Assembly (NCBI GenBank): GCA_030704615.1
Contig: CM060734.1
Coordinates: 48,236,001 to 48,300,000 of the forward strand
Length of the DNA: 64,000 nucleotides
Direction: 5' to 3'
From: Takakia lepidozioides
Lineage: Eukaryota > Plantae > Bryophyta
Below, one piece after another: positions 12,857 to 25,500 of this stretch (position 1 is the stretch's first letter; the number at the start of each line of letters is the position of its first letter). A program made the position numbers and the translations under genes. Below the pieces are notes generated by a model. That model was not told where the DNA came from. It did no database searches and saw nothing but the letters and a program-made list of their open reading frames with translations.

Positions 12857-14287
12857 TTAGCTCTCACATTTGTTTTTACCGCAACGTGACAAACCCCAGT
12901 TGCCATCCCTTGGAGGCAACTGATTCACACTGAGCATAGGAGGAAGCACTACGACTCCATGTTGGGCTTGCTGAAAATTTTCATAGTCAGGGGTGTAGGA
13001 ATCATTGAAGCATTCCATCTCACAAATGGTGTTCTTCCCACGATCAAGATGAGTAAAGCTTTCATGATCCAGTGGATTTCCTTCTTGGTACTGGCACAAA
13101 GCATTATAGAAAGCATCATAGAACCGACGTGGTTCATTGCCCTCTTGCACACACATAATCGGGCCATGAGCATGTTCATAGTGAACCAGCTGAAAAGCAA
13201 AACGATCTGCAGCTGCAGCCATGCTTGCATCGCATGACTTGCCCCTCCAGACATATAGTTCATTTACTAGTTGCAAAACAAACGCTCCCCTTGAATCTAG
13301 AGCTCCAAGGCTAGGATTATTAATACTTTTTGGAACAAGGTGTAAAGGATCAAATGCAGAATGGGAAGTCATGCGATATATGTGTAAAGAGAATCGATTG
13401 GAGGACTCCAAAATTCGTGTTTGCCATTGCAGTAGTTGAATTACAAAACCCATGTTGGGATTAGTCACACTGCGGACTTGTTTCACGCGTTCAAATGCTT
13501 CTTCAAATGTATGACCATCTCGCCACATAATATATGCAATAACTAAAGATGCAGATCGAGATATACCTTGAATACAATGTACAAACACACGACCTCCTTG
13601 CTCTCGTACATCTTCGAAGTAGTCAAACACGTTGTAAAGAATACAGATAATATCCTCGTTTGGATTGTCTTGTAGCCATAGTGTTTTGTAGTGAAAATCG
13701 TTGGGAAAATATTCAAGACAAATAAAACCCACACAGTTGAGGATGTGAGTGATTCTGCAAGCACGAAGAATATCATAATTTTGGGCTACTGTGTTGCCTC
13801 CAAAATACATATGTGTTAAGATACGAGAACATTCTTTATCACACTGTATCATCTTGTAATGTTGTTCTTCACTATCCTCCCCGTCGTTGTCATTGTAATA
13901 ATCCTCTTCCATTGCACCGAAATCCACTTGTATTTCCATCCCATTCCGCATCCTTCTCCCTTGTTTTGTCAATGATGTAGCACTGAGCTCACCACATCCA
14001 CTTTTGGATACAGACAACGATTGCAAGGGAGAACAAAGAGTCTGCACTTGACTTTGTCCAGATCCTTCTGCGTTTGATACATATACTGTGGGCATAACAT
14101 CAATTTCGAGAGATTGTAGCTCTTTAGTATCAAGGTGGGGATGAGGTGAATTGTCAAGCGCGCTTTTGCCACAACATAGAGATCGATCATCCAAGCAACC
14201 GCGGCTCTTTGTCCAGGACACAGAGCGGGAATGGTGACGAGGTTGGTCACGGCGTGCTTGATTGCTTGCTTCGCCTTCCAAGTCCAT
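12857..14287 (-). CDS. MKP1: Dual-specificity MAP kinase phosphatase, MKP1-like (DSP domain plus gelsolin-like region), single 476-aa ORF
   Basis: 'ITHILNCVGFICLEYF...LWLQDNPNEDI...FDYFEDVREQGGRVFVHCIQGISRSASLVIAYIMW...NPNMGF' matches plant MKP1 with an intact HCxxGxSRS active site, followed by the 'LDSRGAFV...YVWRG' gelsolin-like segment. Confidence 0.9.
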   Translation of the reverse strand: MDLEGEASNQARRDQPRHHSRSVSWTKSRGCLDDRSLCCGKSALDNSPHPHLDTKELQSLEIDVMPTVYVSNAEGSGQSQVQTLCSPLQSLSVSKSGCGELSATSLTKQGRRMRNGMEIQVDFGAMEEDYYNDNDGEDSEEQHYKMIQCDKECSRILTHMYFGGNTVAQNYDILRACRITHILNCVGFICLEYFPNDFHYKTLWLQDNPNEDIICILYNVFDYFEDVREQGGRVFVHCIQGISRSASLVIAYIMWRDGHTFEEAFERVKQVRSVTNPNMGFVIQLLQWQTRILESSNRFSLHIYRMTSHSAFDPLHLVPKSINNPSLGALDSRGAFVLQLVNELYVWRGKSCDASMAAAADRFAFQLVHYEHAHGPIMCVQEGNEPRRFYDAFYNALCQYQEGNPLDHESFTHLDRGKNTICEMECFNDSYTPDYENFQQAQHGVVVLPPMLSVNQLPPRDGNWGLSRCGKNKCES

Positions 14288-16759
14288 GCTCTTTCACTAT
14301 CAACTCCTAACCTGCTGCACTCGTCTTCAGGATATATATAAATAAAAAGGAAAATTTAGCATTTGGATATATAATGAGCTTAGAGGACTCCTTAAGGAAT
14401 AAATAAATAAATAAAAACAAAAAAATGACTCCCTAGAACAAATAATATGTGGTACTTGATGAAGGTAAGGTTTTTTTAATGTGACATGCATGTCAACGAA
14501 GAAACAAAGTCTCACATGTTTAAAAATAAAATATTTTAATAATTCTTCTTGGATTATCATTAATATAATTATTTTTTATCTTTAATCTACAATAAACGAA
14601 TCTTTATAACATAACTATTTAGGTAAATTTTAGTATATTATTGATCGATTGAGAAGGTTTTGTAAATGTCTATGTATTCAAATATGATTGTTTTAAAAGA
14701 GAAAAAGGCAACTAGGAGCGCTAAGAACAACATGAAGCTAATGACGTATGGACACTCTCTTTCTCACCAAATATAATTGGACAGTGGGCATAAGGAATAT
14801 TAAATATAAACCTATCTTATGAGTTTGATGAAGATTTTTAATCTTGACTGTTACAAAGATTTGGCCCAGGTTAGAAAGGCTAGAGACATAGAAAAACATG
14901 AAATACTTTAGATATGGTAATATGTATATTGTAATAATTCTTACAGGATAAATTATGGGTAATATTATGTTAAAATAATTTTAAATGATAGAAGGATTTA
15001 CCGTAAAAATGAGCCCCATATTATGCTCAATATCTTTCACAATATCCAAGTTAGCTTGTGTGATGTTAGATAGATATGTGGCAACAAATAATTCATTGTC
15101 GCAAAACCGACCGGTCTTCAGGTACCAACACTTAAATGTAAGAATGTTAAAGATTGCTCCTTGTAAGGTTATTTTTTCCTTACCAATTAATAAATGTTTA
15201 CAGGGCTACAATCCCCCTGTTCTCAAAAAAAAAAGAAAAAAAAAAGATTTGCACAACGAATTCCTCTCTGTCAGATTAAAACAAGGGACTAAGTTGAAAA
15301 GATCTGTCTAAAATAAAATATTTCTTCTGATCAACTTGCTGCTAATAATAAAAACTCCCAATTAAAACAAAAAAAATCCCAATTGACGGATTGCAATGTC
15401 TCATAACTTACTACAAACTGCATATATATATATATTTTTAACGTATATATCTATATATATATATATATATATATAAGATAACAAGGGTAGTAGCTCTGGG
15501 GTATTTTTATTATAAGTTATTTAGAGGGAAAAAAATTAAAACCCTGTTACGCGCCATGAAACCAATGTTGGATATATTCACTTTCTAAGAAGGCTGAAGT
15601 CAATTGGTAATTGAAATAAATAAATAAATAAAATGAATGAAAAATAGTGAAAAGGTTTTTTTGGGGTTATCTTTTCCTCCTTTCAATCAATTTAGGGCGC
15701 TGTCTCATCCAGGGCCCTGTCCCCTGTTCATCTTTTTAAAAACAAAGAGAAATAAAAAAGAAAAAAGAAAAAAAAGGGCGTTGTCCCCAGGCTTCTCCGA
15801 AGAAAAGAAAAGAAAAGAAAAGAAAAGGAAGGGAAACACTTATACTTTGACCGACTTTGAGGGTTAGGGAAGAAGGAGAGACTTGAATAGCAAGTGTTGT
15901 TGCAGGTACCTGATATTATTGCCACTTCGCAAATTTTTCCCCACAATCTGAGCATGAGTGCTGATCATTTCCATCACCAACCTCGAGGATCAACGATGGA
16001 AGCTCAAAATTTGCAACTGAGTGCATGGTTTTCATATTTGCAGATGTTAGAAAGAAGGAGTGCATGGATGCCAGCCTGCTCAATGTTGGAGAATTATCTG
16101 GACCATTTCACCTTTTGGTATGAGCATATGTAGTACTAGTTGCAAGATCCATCATAGAATTTGAAGCGGAGGAGAAAGAGAGCAACAGATTGGAGAGCTT
16201 GGAGACAGGGCAAGCAAATGTTGCAAGAGAGTTAAAGCCGAAGCAGCAAATGCCAAGCAGATAAAAATAGCCAGATACTATGGTCTGCTATGCATTCCAG
16301 CGACTAGAAGAGGCTTTAAGAAGAACGGATTATCAATGTACAGTTGCTTGAACCATGGTTCGAAACAACTTGGATGGCTGCAGTGATAAACCACGATGTT
16401 GTATCTTGCTCCCTGACACACAGACGGTAGCAAACGCGCTTTTTTCTCGCTGTCTTACAAGCCACATGTGCTGAGTGATTTCCTTGTCTACCTCATCCTC
16501 CTCGTTTTTCTTGCTATCTGCTCTGCAATCCTTGAGCAACTCCCGTAGCTGCCTCATCAACAGAAAACTAGGTTGAGTAGAGAGCCAACACGTGACGGTT
16601 AGAGCTTGGTTGACTCACCTTGGGTCCACGGTCTCCCGACCATGGTCAGGTACATGGCCACAAAATCAGTTTTATGGCTTCTCTTACACAAACAAATTAC
16701 GCACTAAATGCCCATATTTGGATTCAAGAATGGAATAACAAGGCCTCAAAATATTTCTT

Positions 16760-17150
16760 TTCTGCGAGGACCGGGCGATGACGACGGTCGGACTATCGTT
16801 GTGTGTTCGACAGTCGGCTATACGATTTTTTCTTTTTTGGGGGGGTTCAAACAACCGTTGGATGACAGTTGGGCGACCGTCCGGCGGCGGACAACAGTGA
16901 CTATGTTTTTATTTTATTTTATTTATTTATTTAAGGCTGACCGCTGGGTAACAGTTGGGCAACCTCCAAGTTATGGTAAATATGTTATTTTATTTTTATT
17001 TTTGTGGGTTCGAGCGACCGCAGGACACCGGCTCTGGCCGTTGTTGTTTTTTTCGGTTTTTTTTTTCCCTTCTCTGGGTGACCGTTAGGCGATGGCCGGG
17101 AGGACAGTTGCGCGACGGCCAGGCGATTGTCAAACCATCTTCCAATTTTT
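16760..17150 (+). repeat. Transposon subterminal-type repeat array (GACGACCG/CGGTCG motifs)
   Basis: Repeated GACCG/CGGTC motifs separated by T-rich spacers. CAACCGTTGGATGACAGT recurs in inverted form near 23610-23632. Confidence 0.55.
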
Positions 17151-18559
17151 TTTTAACACAAATCAAAATAAAGTATATTTACGTAGAATTTTACGGGAGA
17201 CGTATATATTACACACTTACGAGTCACATTTTTTATCCCTATAAAATTTATATTTATATGTCTCTAAACTGATGTGACGCAGACCGCATCAAGATTAGGT
17301 CCGACATGACCTAACGTCACTGACACTGATAATTTGGCTATGTGCTTATAATTTAAATCAATTCTTTATGGTGAAATGACATTGTTTCCATGATTTCATG
17401 GTTGTCAAACTAACACATTGGTTGAGTCCCATGTTTTGGCAATAAACCATGAGGACGAGAGTTTTTGATTGAAAAGGTCGTGTACGGATAGAAGGCTCTT
17501 ATAACTCATTTGATTTGATTTGATTTGATTTGATCTATAACCCCTGAGTCACTAACCGACAAAGATAAAAGATATTTGCTCGAGAGGGAAGAATTTCGAG
17601 ATGGTTGAATATTTGAGTTTGATGAATGGAGTTCGAAAAGCTGATAAATTTGAAAATTATTTGGTTCGGTGTTTAGGTTTAACGAGCAATAAAAAATAAT
17701 TATGAATTTAATAATTATGGTGATCATGAGAGTTTTAGTAAAGCGTGATGGATTCAATTGTGCCTCGTATCACTCAGCCTAATTTAATGAAAATGATTTA
17801 AAAAATTAAAATTAAAATCAAACAGATATATACGTTGCGAAAATAAATAGATATGGATAGCTCGAGACAATGTTGGGAGCAATTTTCGTTACTTATTGAT
17901 TTCATAACAGAATTATTTGATATTGTTTGGGACGATTATCGGATAGAGGGTTGTCGATTCACCTGTTCGCATGTGGAAATGAATTAGGTTCCTCCATAAT
18001 ATTAATAAAAATAATATCCATGTACCTTGGGCTCCATATATCCTTGGCACATAAATTAAAACCCAACACTATTACAAGTATACATACACTATTACATCTA
18101 AATACATTGCAAGTACCTCGTCTATATTTAATGATATGAATGACAGACCCACTATCCATAGCCAATAAATATAATTTGTCCTCAAATCATAATACCTAAT
18201 GTCTACGACCCTTTAATTACGTCATCCAACAGATCCACTCAAAATTACTTCTTAACAAAACCCTAAATATCCATCCCTTTAATATCCCTCCACAACTTCT
18301 ATCCCTATTTGAACCAACTACACATATCCGCTCTCAATTGTCTCCCCAGCCAGCAATAATAATTTTCATTGTAGACATGGTATCCGGGAAAGGCTGAGAA
18401 AAACATATAATCACTGTCAAAATAAAACATTCTCGCAGTATTCATGTTACTGAGCGTCTCGAATACATCATTGCTAATACGATATGAAGAGTTGTCTGAA
18501 CATCCCTCACAGTAAAGCTCCGCCACACCCCCTACAAGATGTTCAACACTCGCATTTCT

Positions 18560-19860
18560 TATTCCACCTCTTAGCGGAAGGCAATAATATATTTAGGCAA
18601 AATTGAAAAGAGTTTTGAAACAGAAAGCACCGGAAACAGACTTTCTCTCCACGTTAAGGCTCAATCATGGAATAACTACCATACACCCAGATTGCATAGC
18701 TACATCTTTGGTCTTGTATCCTGGGGATGCTGAAGAGCGACATAAAAGATTGGGGCATTCAAGTCGATGGGGAACCTCCAGAACACAAGCTCCAATTTCA
18801 GTACAAGGCGGAAGTTAATGTTATAGAGCTCAAGTACGCACACGTGAAGGAAGTGGAGACCCAAGTAAACATGCAGTCTCCAATGCTAGTGATCTTTGTT
18901 GTTGATGAGAGAAATGTGCCCAAGACATTCGGGTATATAACATCTACAAAATTTGTCCGCAAAAACCTCATGAAACAATCACAAAAAAATGGATTTAAGT
19001 TCAATGAAGACAGCAACAACGCTCTGGATACCAAATCATTTATCCGCTCTTGGGACCATTTTCAAGATGTATTATTCGCTCAAAACAAGGAACAAAAATG
19101 GGAAACTCAAGCAACACAAAAATGTAAGTCTAAATTTCGTCTACGAGACAAACAATGCTGGGGTTGACTTTAAAATTCTGTATGTTGGTAAGCCAACCAT
19201 GGAGTCTAACTTTGATTTTCTTTACACAACATCGGAAGATATTGAAGCTTTATCTTGTTGCATGGATTGCGCCGCAAAGTGGCCGAGCATTTCCAAAATC
19301 TAAGTGACAAAGATATCTTCTCCAAAACACTTAAAGCTGAACAATAAGCCCTGACAGTCGTGGTCAGACATCCAAGCTGACCACACCACAAAATGATATC
19401 TACGATGTCATGATGCACATGATTAAAAATGACAACATTATCAATATGTTCGTTACCAACGCACAATTGGAAAAAGTTCTACACGGTGACGCTCTGCACA
19501 TTACATGTAAAAACACGACGGTCTATAATTTTTGGCAGACTGTTTATGTTAAACAGATAAAAAAAACATCATACATCTATAATGACGACAATTGATACTT
19601 TGACCTCTGATCTTCGAAGCGACACTTTTGAAAGACATAATAGATTAAACATAGTAATTGTGACTTTGAAAAAACTTCTAGCCAATGTGCATTCTCACAA
19701 GCTTCAAACAAAAAATTATATTCGACTGAATTTTTTTTTAACTCAAGCCTTGGTCGTAGGGTTGCACAAATGGACGTGATGTGGCGTTGCCTCATCGAAA
19801 GTAAAGTCCAGACATACATTGTGTCATGTCCAAAATCTTGTAAATTTCTTAAATCTATTA
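18560..19860 (+). pseudogene. Frameshifted intronless coding remnant of unknown family (~400 aa when stitched)
   Basis: Consecutive overlapping protein-like ORFs in shifting frames (18727-19167, 18989-19303, 19410-19595, 19582-19779) with globular composition. No motif recognised. Confidence 0.45.
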
Positions 19861-21489
19861 CGTTTTTTTTTCCCACTATTACGTTTAATTAAAAAATTAA
19901 ATTACAAGTGACCGCTGAATTTTGGCGGTCCTACTTATTTTTCAGAAAATATTTATATGCGATTGCCAAATTTGTGCGGTTGCACATATATTTTTCAAAA
20001 TAAACGATTGTCGAATTTTAGAGGTCGCACGTATTTTTTTTATAAATTTTTTTAACCTACGACTATCTGATTTTGGTGGTCGCACATAATTTCAAATTAA
20101 TCCTACGATCTTTTTATATGTTAATCACCTTTCAAGTCTTTGGGTTTGTTATCTAGTTCTTACGAGTCTAAGCCCCCGAGGCGCTTATAGCCGAAGCTTC
20201 TATCAAATACCCGGAGCTTCTATCAATTACCGAAGCGCTTGACCGGGCTCAGGGAAGAAAGATAAATATCTCTTCTCAATGTCATTTCAATTTCCGGGTG
20301 TTTCAGTTTAAACCACCCTCAAAGACGGGCCAAGCCCCCCCCCCACCCCTAAATGACGAGGCGACCCGAAACGGATCGTCTCATCCGTGTGTAGCGTTGT
20401 CGGATGAAGTCGGATAAAGGCACTCTCTGAGTGAAAAAAACGCAGCCTGCAAAGTTCTCTATACAATGGATTTTATAGCTCCTCATTGGGAGCATGAGGG
20501 TTGTGGATTTTTGGGTGGAATGGGGGGGTGTTGACTTGGGAGGTGACAGACATGTGTGCAACGGAATGTAGGATTTAATGGCGATTCCCGTAAGTATTTG
20601 TCTGTTCTTTAATTGGCTGGAAAAATCACAGATACCTCCATTCTTGATGTAATTTTGCTCTAATTTCTTTGATTTTTGGGCAACGTACTTTAAATGTAGG
20701 CACTGCACACATTGACCATTGTCAATCCAATTTGGTTCCAAATTTGAAGTCACAATGAAATGTCTACCATTTTAGCCCATCCTTATTCACATACAAAGCA
20801 AACCCCCCTTCCCAATTCTTGGAGGTTTTACCTAAATTTTGGACAGGGCCTCTGGGACGTGACTTTTCAAAGGAATATGGACGGCAGTTACCCAGAAAAT
20901 GTTCTCAAACATTGCCCAGGGCCTTGCCTAAATGTGGATTTGAGGTCAATTTTTTGTATTTGGCTCAAAATGCACCATTTTCATTTGTTGTAATATCCCA
21001 ACCGGAACGGTGGAATTTGCCGAGATTTGGGGTGCCTGTGCATCTAGTAGGTGGGGATGAGTTCCAATAGTTCATTCCTGTGGATGGAAAGGGGTAGGCA
21101 AATAGGGGCATCCGTGTCCGCCGGGTGGGCCTAAAATTTGTCCAAAAGTGCCAAAACAGCTTTCGTCGCTTAAGGATTAAACTCAATTTGCAGTTTTAAA
21201 TGAGTCCGAATAATTCAATAGCCCAATGGCTATTTCTGCAGAATAAATAATGCATAATAATGGTTAAAAATAACAAAAATAACATTAATTAAGAAAATAC
21301 TCATTGGATGGGGAGTGTCATAAGGATCCCAAATATTCAAATTATGGCACCTCCAGGGGATCAAGGGAACTCACTGGGAGCGCGCTCCAATGTTAGGAAC
21401 GTCGAGAACTTTTCTCCGTCCAATGATGGCTCTAAGACCACTCAAGTGTTCATTAATCTTTCTCTAGGGATTAACATTTTTTCTTAAAT

Positions 21490-22200
21490 ACATGCGACCG
21501 TCAACATTGGCAGTCGCTGCATTTTTATTAAAAAAAATACATCCAACCGTCAATATTACGGTCGTATCATTTTTTGTATTTTTAAAAATATGTGACCATC
21601 CATATTGACGATCGCACGCATTTAAGAAAACCCGACAAAACCTAAAAATCTACAACGTAAAACCTAAAATCAAAAACCAAAAAATCAAAAAATAAATATG
21701 TGACCGCCAAATTATGAAATTTAAAAAAAGCTTGTGACTCCCAATAACGACGGTTGCATGCATTTAAGAAAAAATGAAAAAACATGTGACTGCCAATATT
21801 GGCGGTCACATGTTTCTTTGATAAAATTAAAAAATTAAAACATGCGACATCTAATAGTGATGGTCGCAAAGCATCCAATATTGACAGTCGTAATATATTT
21901 AAAAAATAAAACAATTGCTGCGACTGCCATTATTGGCGGTCGCATGCATTTATAAATATAATAAATTAACTGCATGTATTTATTAATAAAAAAACAAATG
22001 TTGCGACCGTCGATATTGGACAGTGACTTCAAACTGGGGATTTGCTTTCCATAATTAGAGGTTACACCCATTTTTAGGAAAATAAATAAATAACATTTTT
22101 TTTTTCTAATATTGGTAGAACCGCCAAGACTGGCGGCTGCATATAATTTTTTATTTCTTAAATATGTGTAACGGGCTAGAATTGGCGGTTGCACCTATTT
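21490..22200. repeat. Array of degenerate palindromes GCGACCGCCAA-TA-TTGGCGGTCGC with AT-rich spacers
   Basis: About a dozen copies, e.g. GTGACTGCCAATATTGGCGGTCAC and GCGACTGCCATTATTGGCGGTCGC. Related copies at 19905-20090 and 24875-25045. Confidence 0.8.
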
Positions 22201-23016
22201 TCATGCGAATAAAATTGTTTGTCTTTTTTCAAAATTTGTGCACGGTCGCTACTCGCATAGAATTATTTCTTTATTTAATATGACATTTAATTTCACATTA
22301 ATATGCTACCAAGGTTCCTTATGGATGTTAGCTCTTACACACAGTTGTGATCGTGACTCAAGTAGGCTACTAACTTGAACCAAATGCGGTTTAGAAACAC
22401 CAATTGATATTACAATGGTCCTTTAAGTACCTGATTGATAATCTGGTGCTACATGAAAATCTACCATTTATATCAATATGCTCCCAGGTGTCCCAATAAA
22501 AATATATTCGTCAGCAAAGGAAACAACCGAATCAAAAAACAACTCATGAATCCTCCGACGGGCCCTGTAGACGTTAGCTCCTACACACAGTCGCGATTGT
22601 GACCCAAATAGGCTGCTAACTTTAAATAACTATAATCTTGTTAATATGCCTATGTGTTAATCATTGTGATATGGCTGCTGATGTGACATTTTTTTTATCT
22701 CTCATATGTACTTATTTTTATTATAAAAAAACAAACGTGACGTAGGTCGCCATTAAAACATTGAATGTTTATCGAGAACAAATTTTGTTTCTTTGCAATA
22801 AATGGTGACAAACTATATATTTTGTCAGTTCTCGAAAATGAATAGTACATGTGATCTATAAATATAATGATGAAAGTTGATACATTGAATCATCAATGAT
22901 AAATATTATATAGTAAATATTAACAATCTATCTATTGTGGCGCTTACCTCTATATATAATCTAATAATTAGCTTCTAAAATCTTTGCAACCATTACTAAT
23001 AATTTTTTTAATTGAT

Positions 23017-23205
23017 CTAAGGATCTTTTAGAGCGGCTCCAAGAAATCCTCAGAGGGAATGTAAATTATGTTTTGGTTTTGTTTTTACATTTTATCACTG
23101 TAAAGTTTTTTTGAAGAAATCCTTAGAACAAATATATATACAGTAATTTTATTTTTGTATTTCCTCGCTCCGAGGATTTCTTAGAGCGACTCTAAGAATC
23201 CTTAG
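23017..23205. repeat. ~45-bp inverted repeat (MITE-like foldback)
   Basis: CTAAGGATCTTTAGAGCGGCTCCAAGAAATCCTC versus GAGGATTTCTTAGAGCGACTCTAAGAATCCTTAG. Confidence 0.7.
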
Positions 23206-23499
23206 AACGAACATAAAATTTTTTTTTAATTTTTTATCTTTTCTGTAAAAAATAATATAAAATCCAATTGTCAATTATGACATGACATGACGCAAACACG
23301 TCAGCGTCACATCGGATGTCACACATAAAACTGATTTACATCGAGTAATTTATTTTTACTTACGTTAGTTTCACGCGATCCAATTTATCACATTATCAAG
23401 GTGATGGCTTATGTATATTGCACACATGATATTTTTATTTATTTGTTTTTATGTTTAACTTTTTAAAAATTGAGTTGTGAGGCTGTATATTTTTATATT

Positions 23500-23790
23500 T
23501 TTGTATTATTTTTGGTTCAGGTGACCGCTGGGCTGGCCATCCCACAATCGTCCAACCCAAAATATAAAATATAAAAACGAAAACCACGATCGTCCCGCGG
23601 TCATCTCGACTATTACTATCGTCCAGCGGTTGCCAGATGATCACTCAATGGTCGCTTGAACAGAAAATGTATATATGTATAAACCCATTGTTTCCCCGCG
23701 GTCGTCCTACTGTCGTATAGTGGTCGCCGGTCGTCCAACGGTTCCCTGCAAAAAAAATAAAAAATAAAAATCACCACGGTCGCTATGCCA
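23500..23790 (-). repeat. Inverted copy of the 16760-17150 repeat family
   Basis: Same GACCG/CGGTC motif array with A-rich spacers. The ORF track gives 'QPLDDS' in both copies on opposite strands. Confidence 0.5.
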
Positions 23791-25334
23791 TGTTGATGAC
23801 CCTTTTGAATTACTCAATTTAATTGAATTTTTTTTTTTCATCCGTTCAATTATCGAGGGACATAGACATTGTCGATGAGGACATGTACTTCGTTTCATTT
23901 GAAAATAGAGAAATTGAGTTTCATAGTAGGAAAATTGTATCACTTCAAATAGTCGATGCTGGCTTCGACCAAAATGACTTTATTTTTCTCATGAAATTTT
24001 TTACGTTTGAAAATATTGACATATCAGGATATGAGGCTATGATAGTGGGGCTGCCTAAAGCGATGGTGAATGCTATGATCATCATGTTACATTTCACGTA
24101 CATTTTTATCTAGTGTACTCGTCTGTTTTGCCATCTGCTCATCTATTACCGCATATTTTTCATGCTTCATTCTTGATGGTGGGCACTATTGCAATAAAGA
24201 TTTCAAGAATAAGACTAGTCTAAACTACCACAGACAAGTAAATGAAAGCAAAATGATTAATGTGGAGCCTATACTAAGTGAACTAGAAAAATTGAAGGTG
24301 AGATGGCAGACAACTACCAAGTGCGTACGCGTCTAGTACCACCTCGTCATATCGGTAGGGACCAATGCCCTCTTCATTGACCACTGGTCGTTGGCATGTT
24401 GGTTGCCAATAATGACGTAGTATATCAGCGTCGTGTCATGATGTGCGTTATCTCACGTCTCAAACTGATTTTAAGTCAATTTGTTTTTTAACTGTGTTTT
24501 TTCTGTATTTCGTTCCAAGTATTTGTAGTCTTGCCGATATTGCATACCTCCAGTCCCTGCCCAAATTTTTCTTTTGCAGGGAGGTCCTCGTCATACATTA
24601 TTGACAATGTCGTCTGCTCCGCGTTCTGCACCACAAATGGACTAGTTTCCGGAGGATGTACCTTCTCCTTCAGCGATTTCAATGTCGAGGCTCGATTCAT
24701 TGGTGCAGTCGAAATCGCCTCTTCTAGACGATTTGTTTTAAATGGGCCATCGGACGATGAACGACCATCCGGTGACGTCAGCGATCTGCTACCGTCCACA
24801 ACCATACGACTCCGCGGGACGATTGTCAAGCGATCGTGACCGATTTGTTTTATCTTTTAAAAAAAAAATTAAATCGGGACCGCCAGAGCTGACGGTTCCA
24901 ACTTAATTTTTTTTAAATTAATACTAGGACGACCATAAAATTATTAATTATTTTTTATTAAGGTTCGGACCGCCCAAGCTGGCGTTCCCGATTTTATTAT
25001 TTTAAAAATAAAAAATAAAAACTGTAAGTTCTAGCGGTCCCGATATTAATAATGGAGGTACCATTACCCACGAAATCATATCTTTGATCTGATCTGAAAG
25101 TCAGCCACTAGTGCCAGCGAGCACTATCCATTGGCAGAGGTACCATTACCCACAACCATCTCTCTATCATCCTTACTACACTTTAAGAATGGCCAATATT
25201 AAGCCCACTGTCTTACAATTTTTTTTTATAAATTTAAACAATGATATGAGTACAACAATTTTTACAAGTACATCCCCATTCGTATTCAACTCCTGGGATA
25301 TAATTATGCTCCCTTAGAGTGTAGGTATGATAGT

Positions 25335-25500
25335 TCGGGGTGTAGGTGGGGGAGCTCGGGGTACAGGTAGGGGAGCTTGGGATATAGTCGGGGGAATCGG
25401 GGACGTAGTCGGGGGAGCCTGCGGTATAGCCCGAGATGTAGTCAGGGGAGATATAACCAAGGGAGTCCGGGATGAGGACCGGAGAATCTAGGGTATGGTC
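25335..25500. repeat. Degenerate G-rich ~21-bp minisatellite
   Basis: GGGGTGTAGGTGGGGGAGCTC / GGGGTACAGGTAGGGGAGCTT / GGGATATAGTCGGGGGAATC / GGGGACGTAGTCGGGGGAGCC. Confidence 0.75.

Noticed and set aside
15894-16560. Small protein-coding gene or gag fragment
   Set aside because: Short ORFs on both strands with no motif or consistent splice structure.
20346-21180. piggyBac-like element ending ...CTTAAGGA|TTAA
   Set aside because: The left end matches only weakly and has no adjacent TTAA. It is probably a repeat, but the class is unsupported.
21490-22200. CRISPR array
   Set aside because: Repeats are highly degenerate, spacers are low-complexity A/T tracts of irregular length, there are no cas genes, and the context is eukaryotic.
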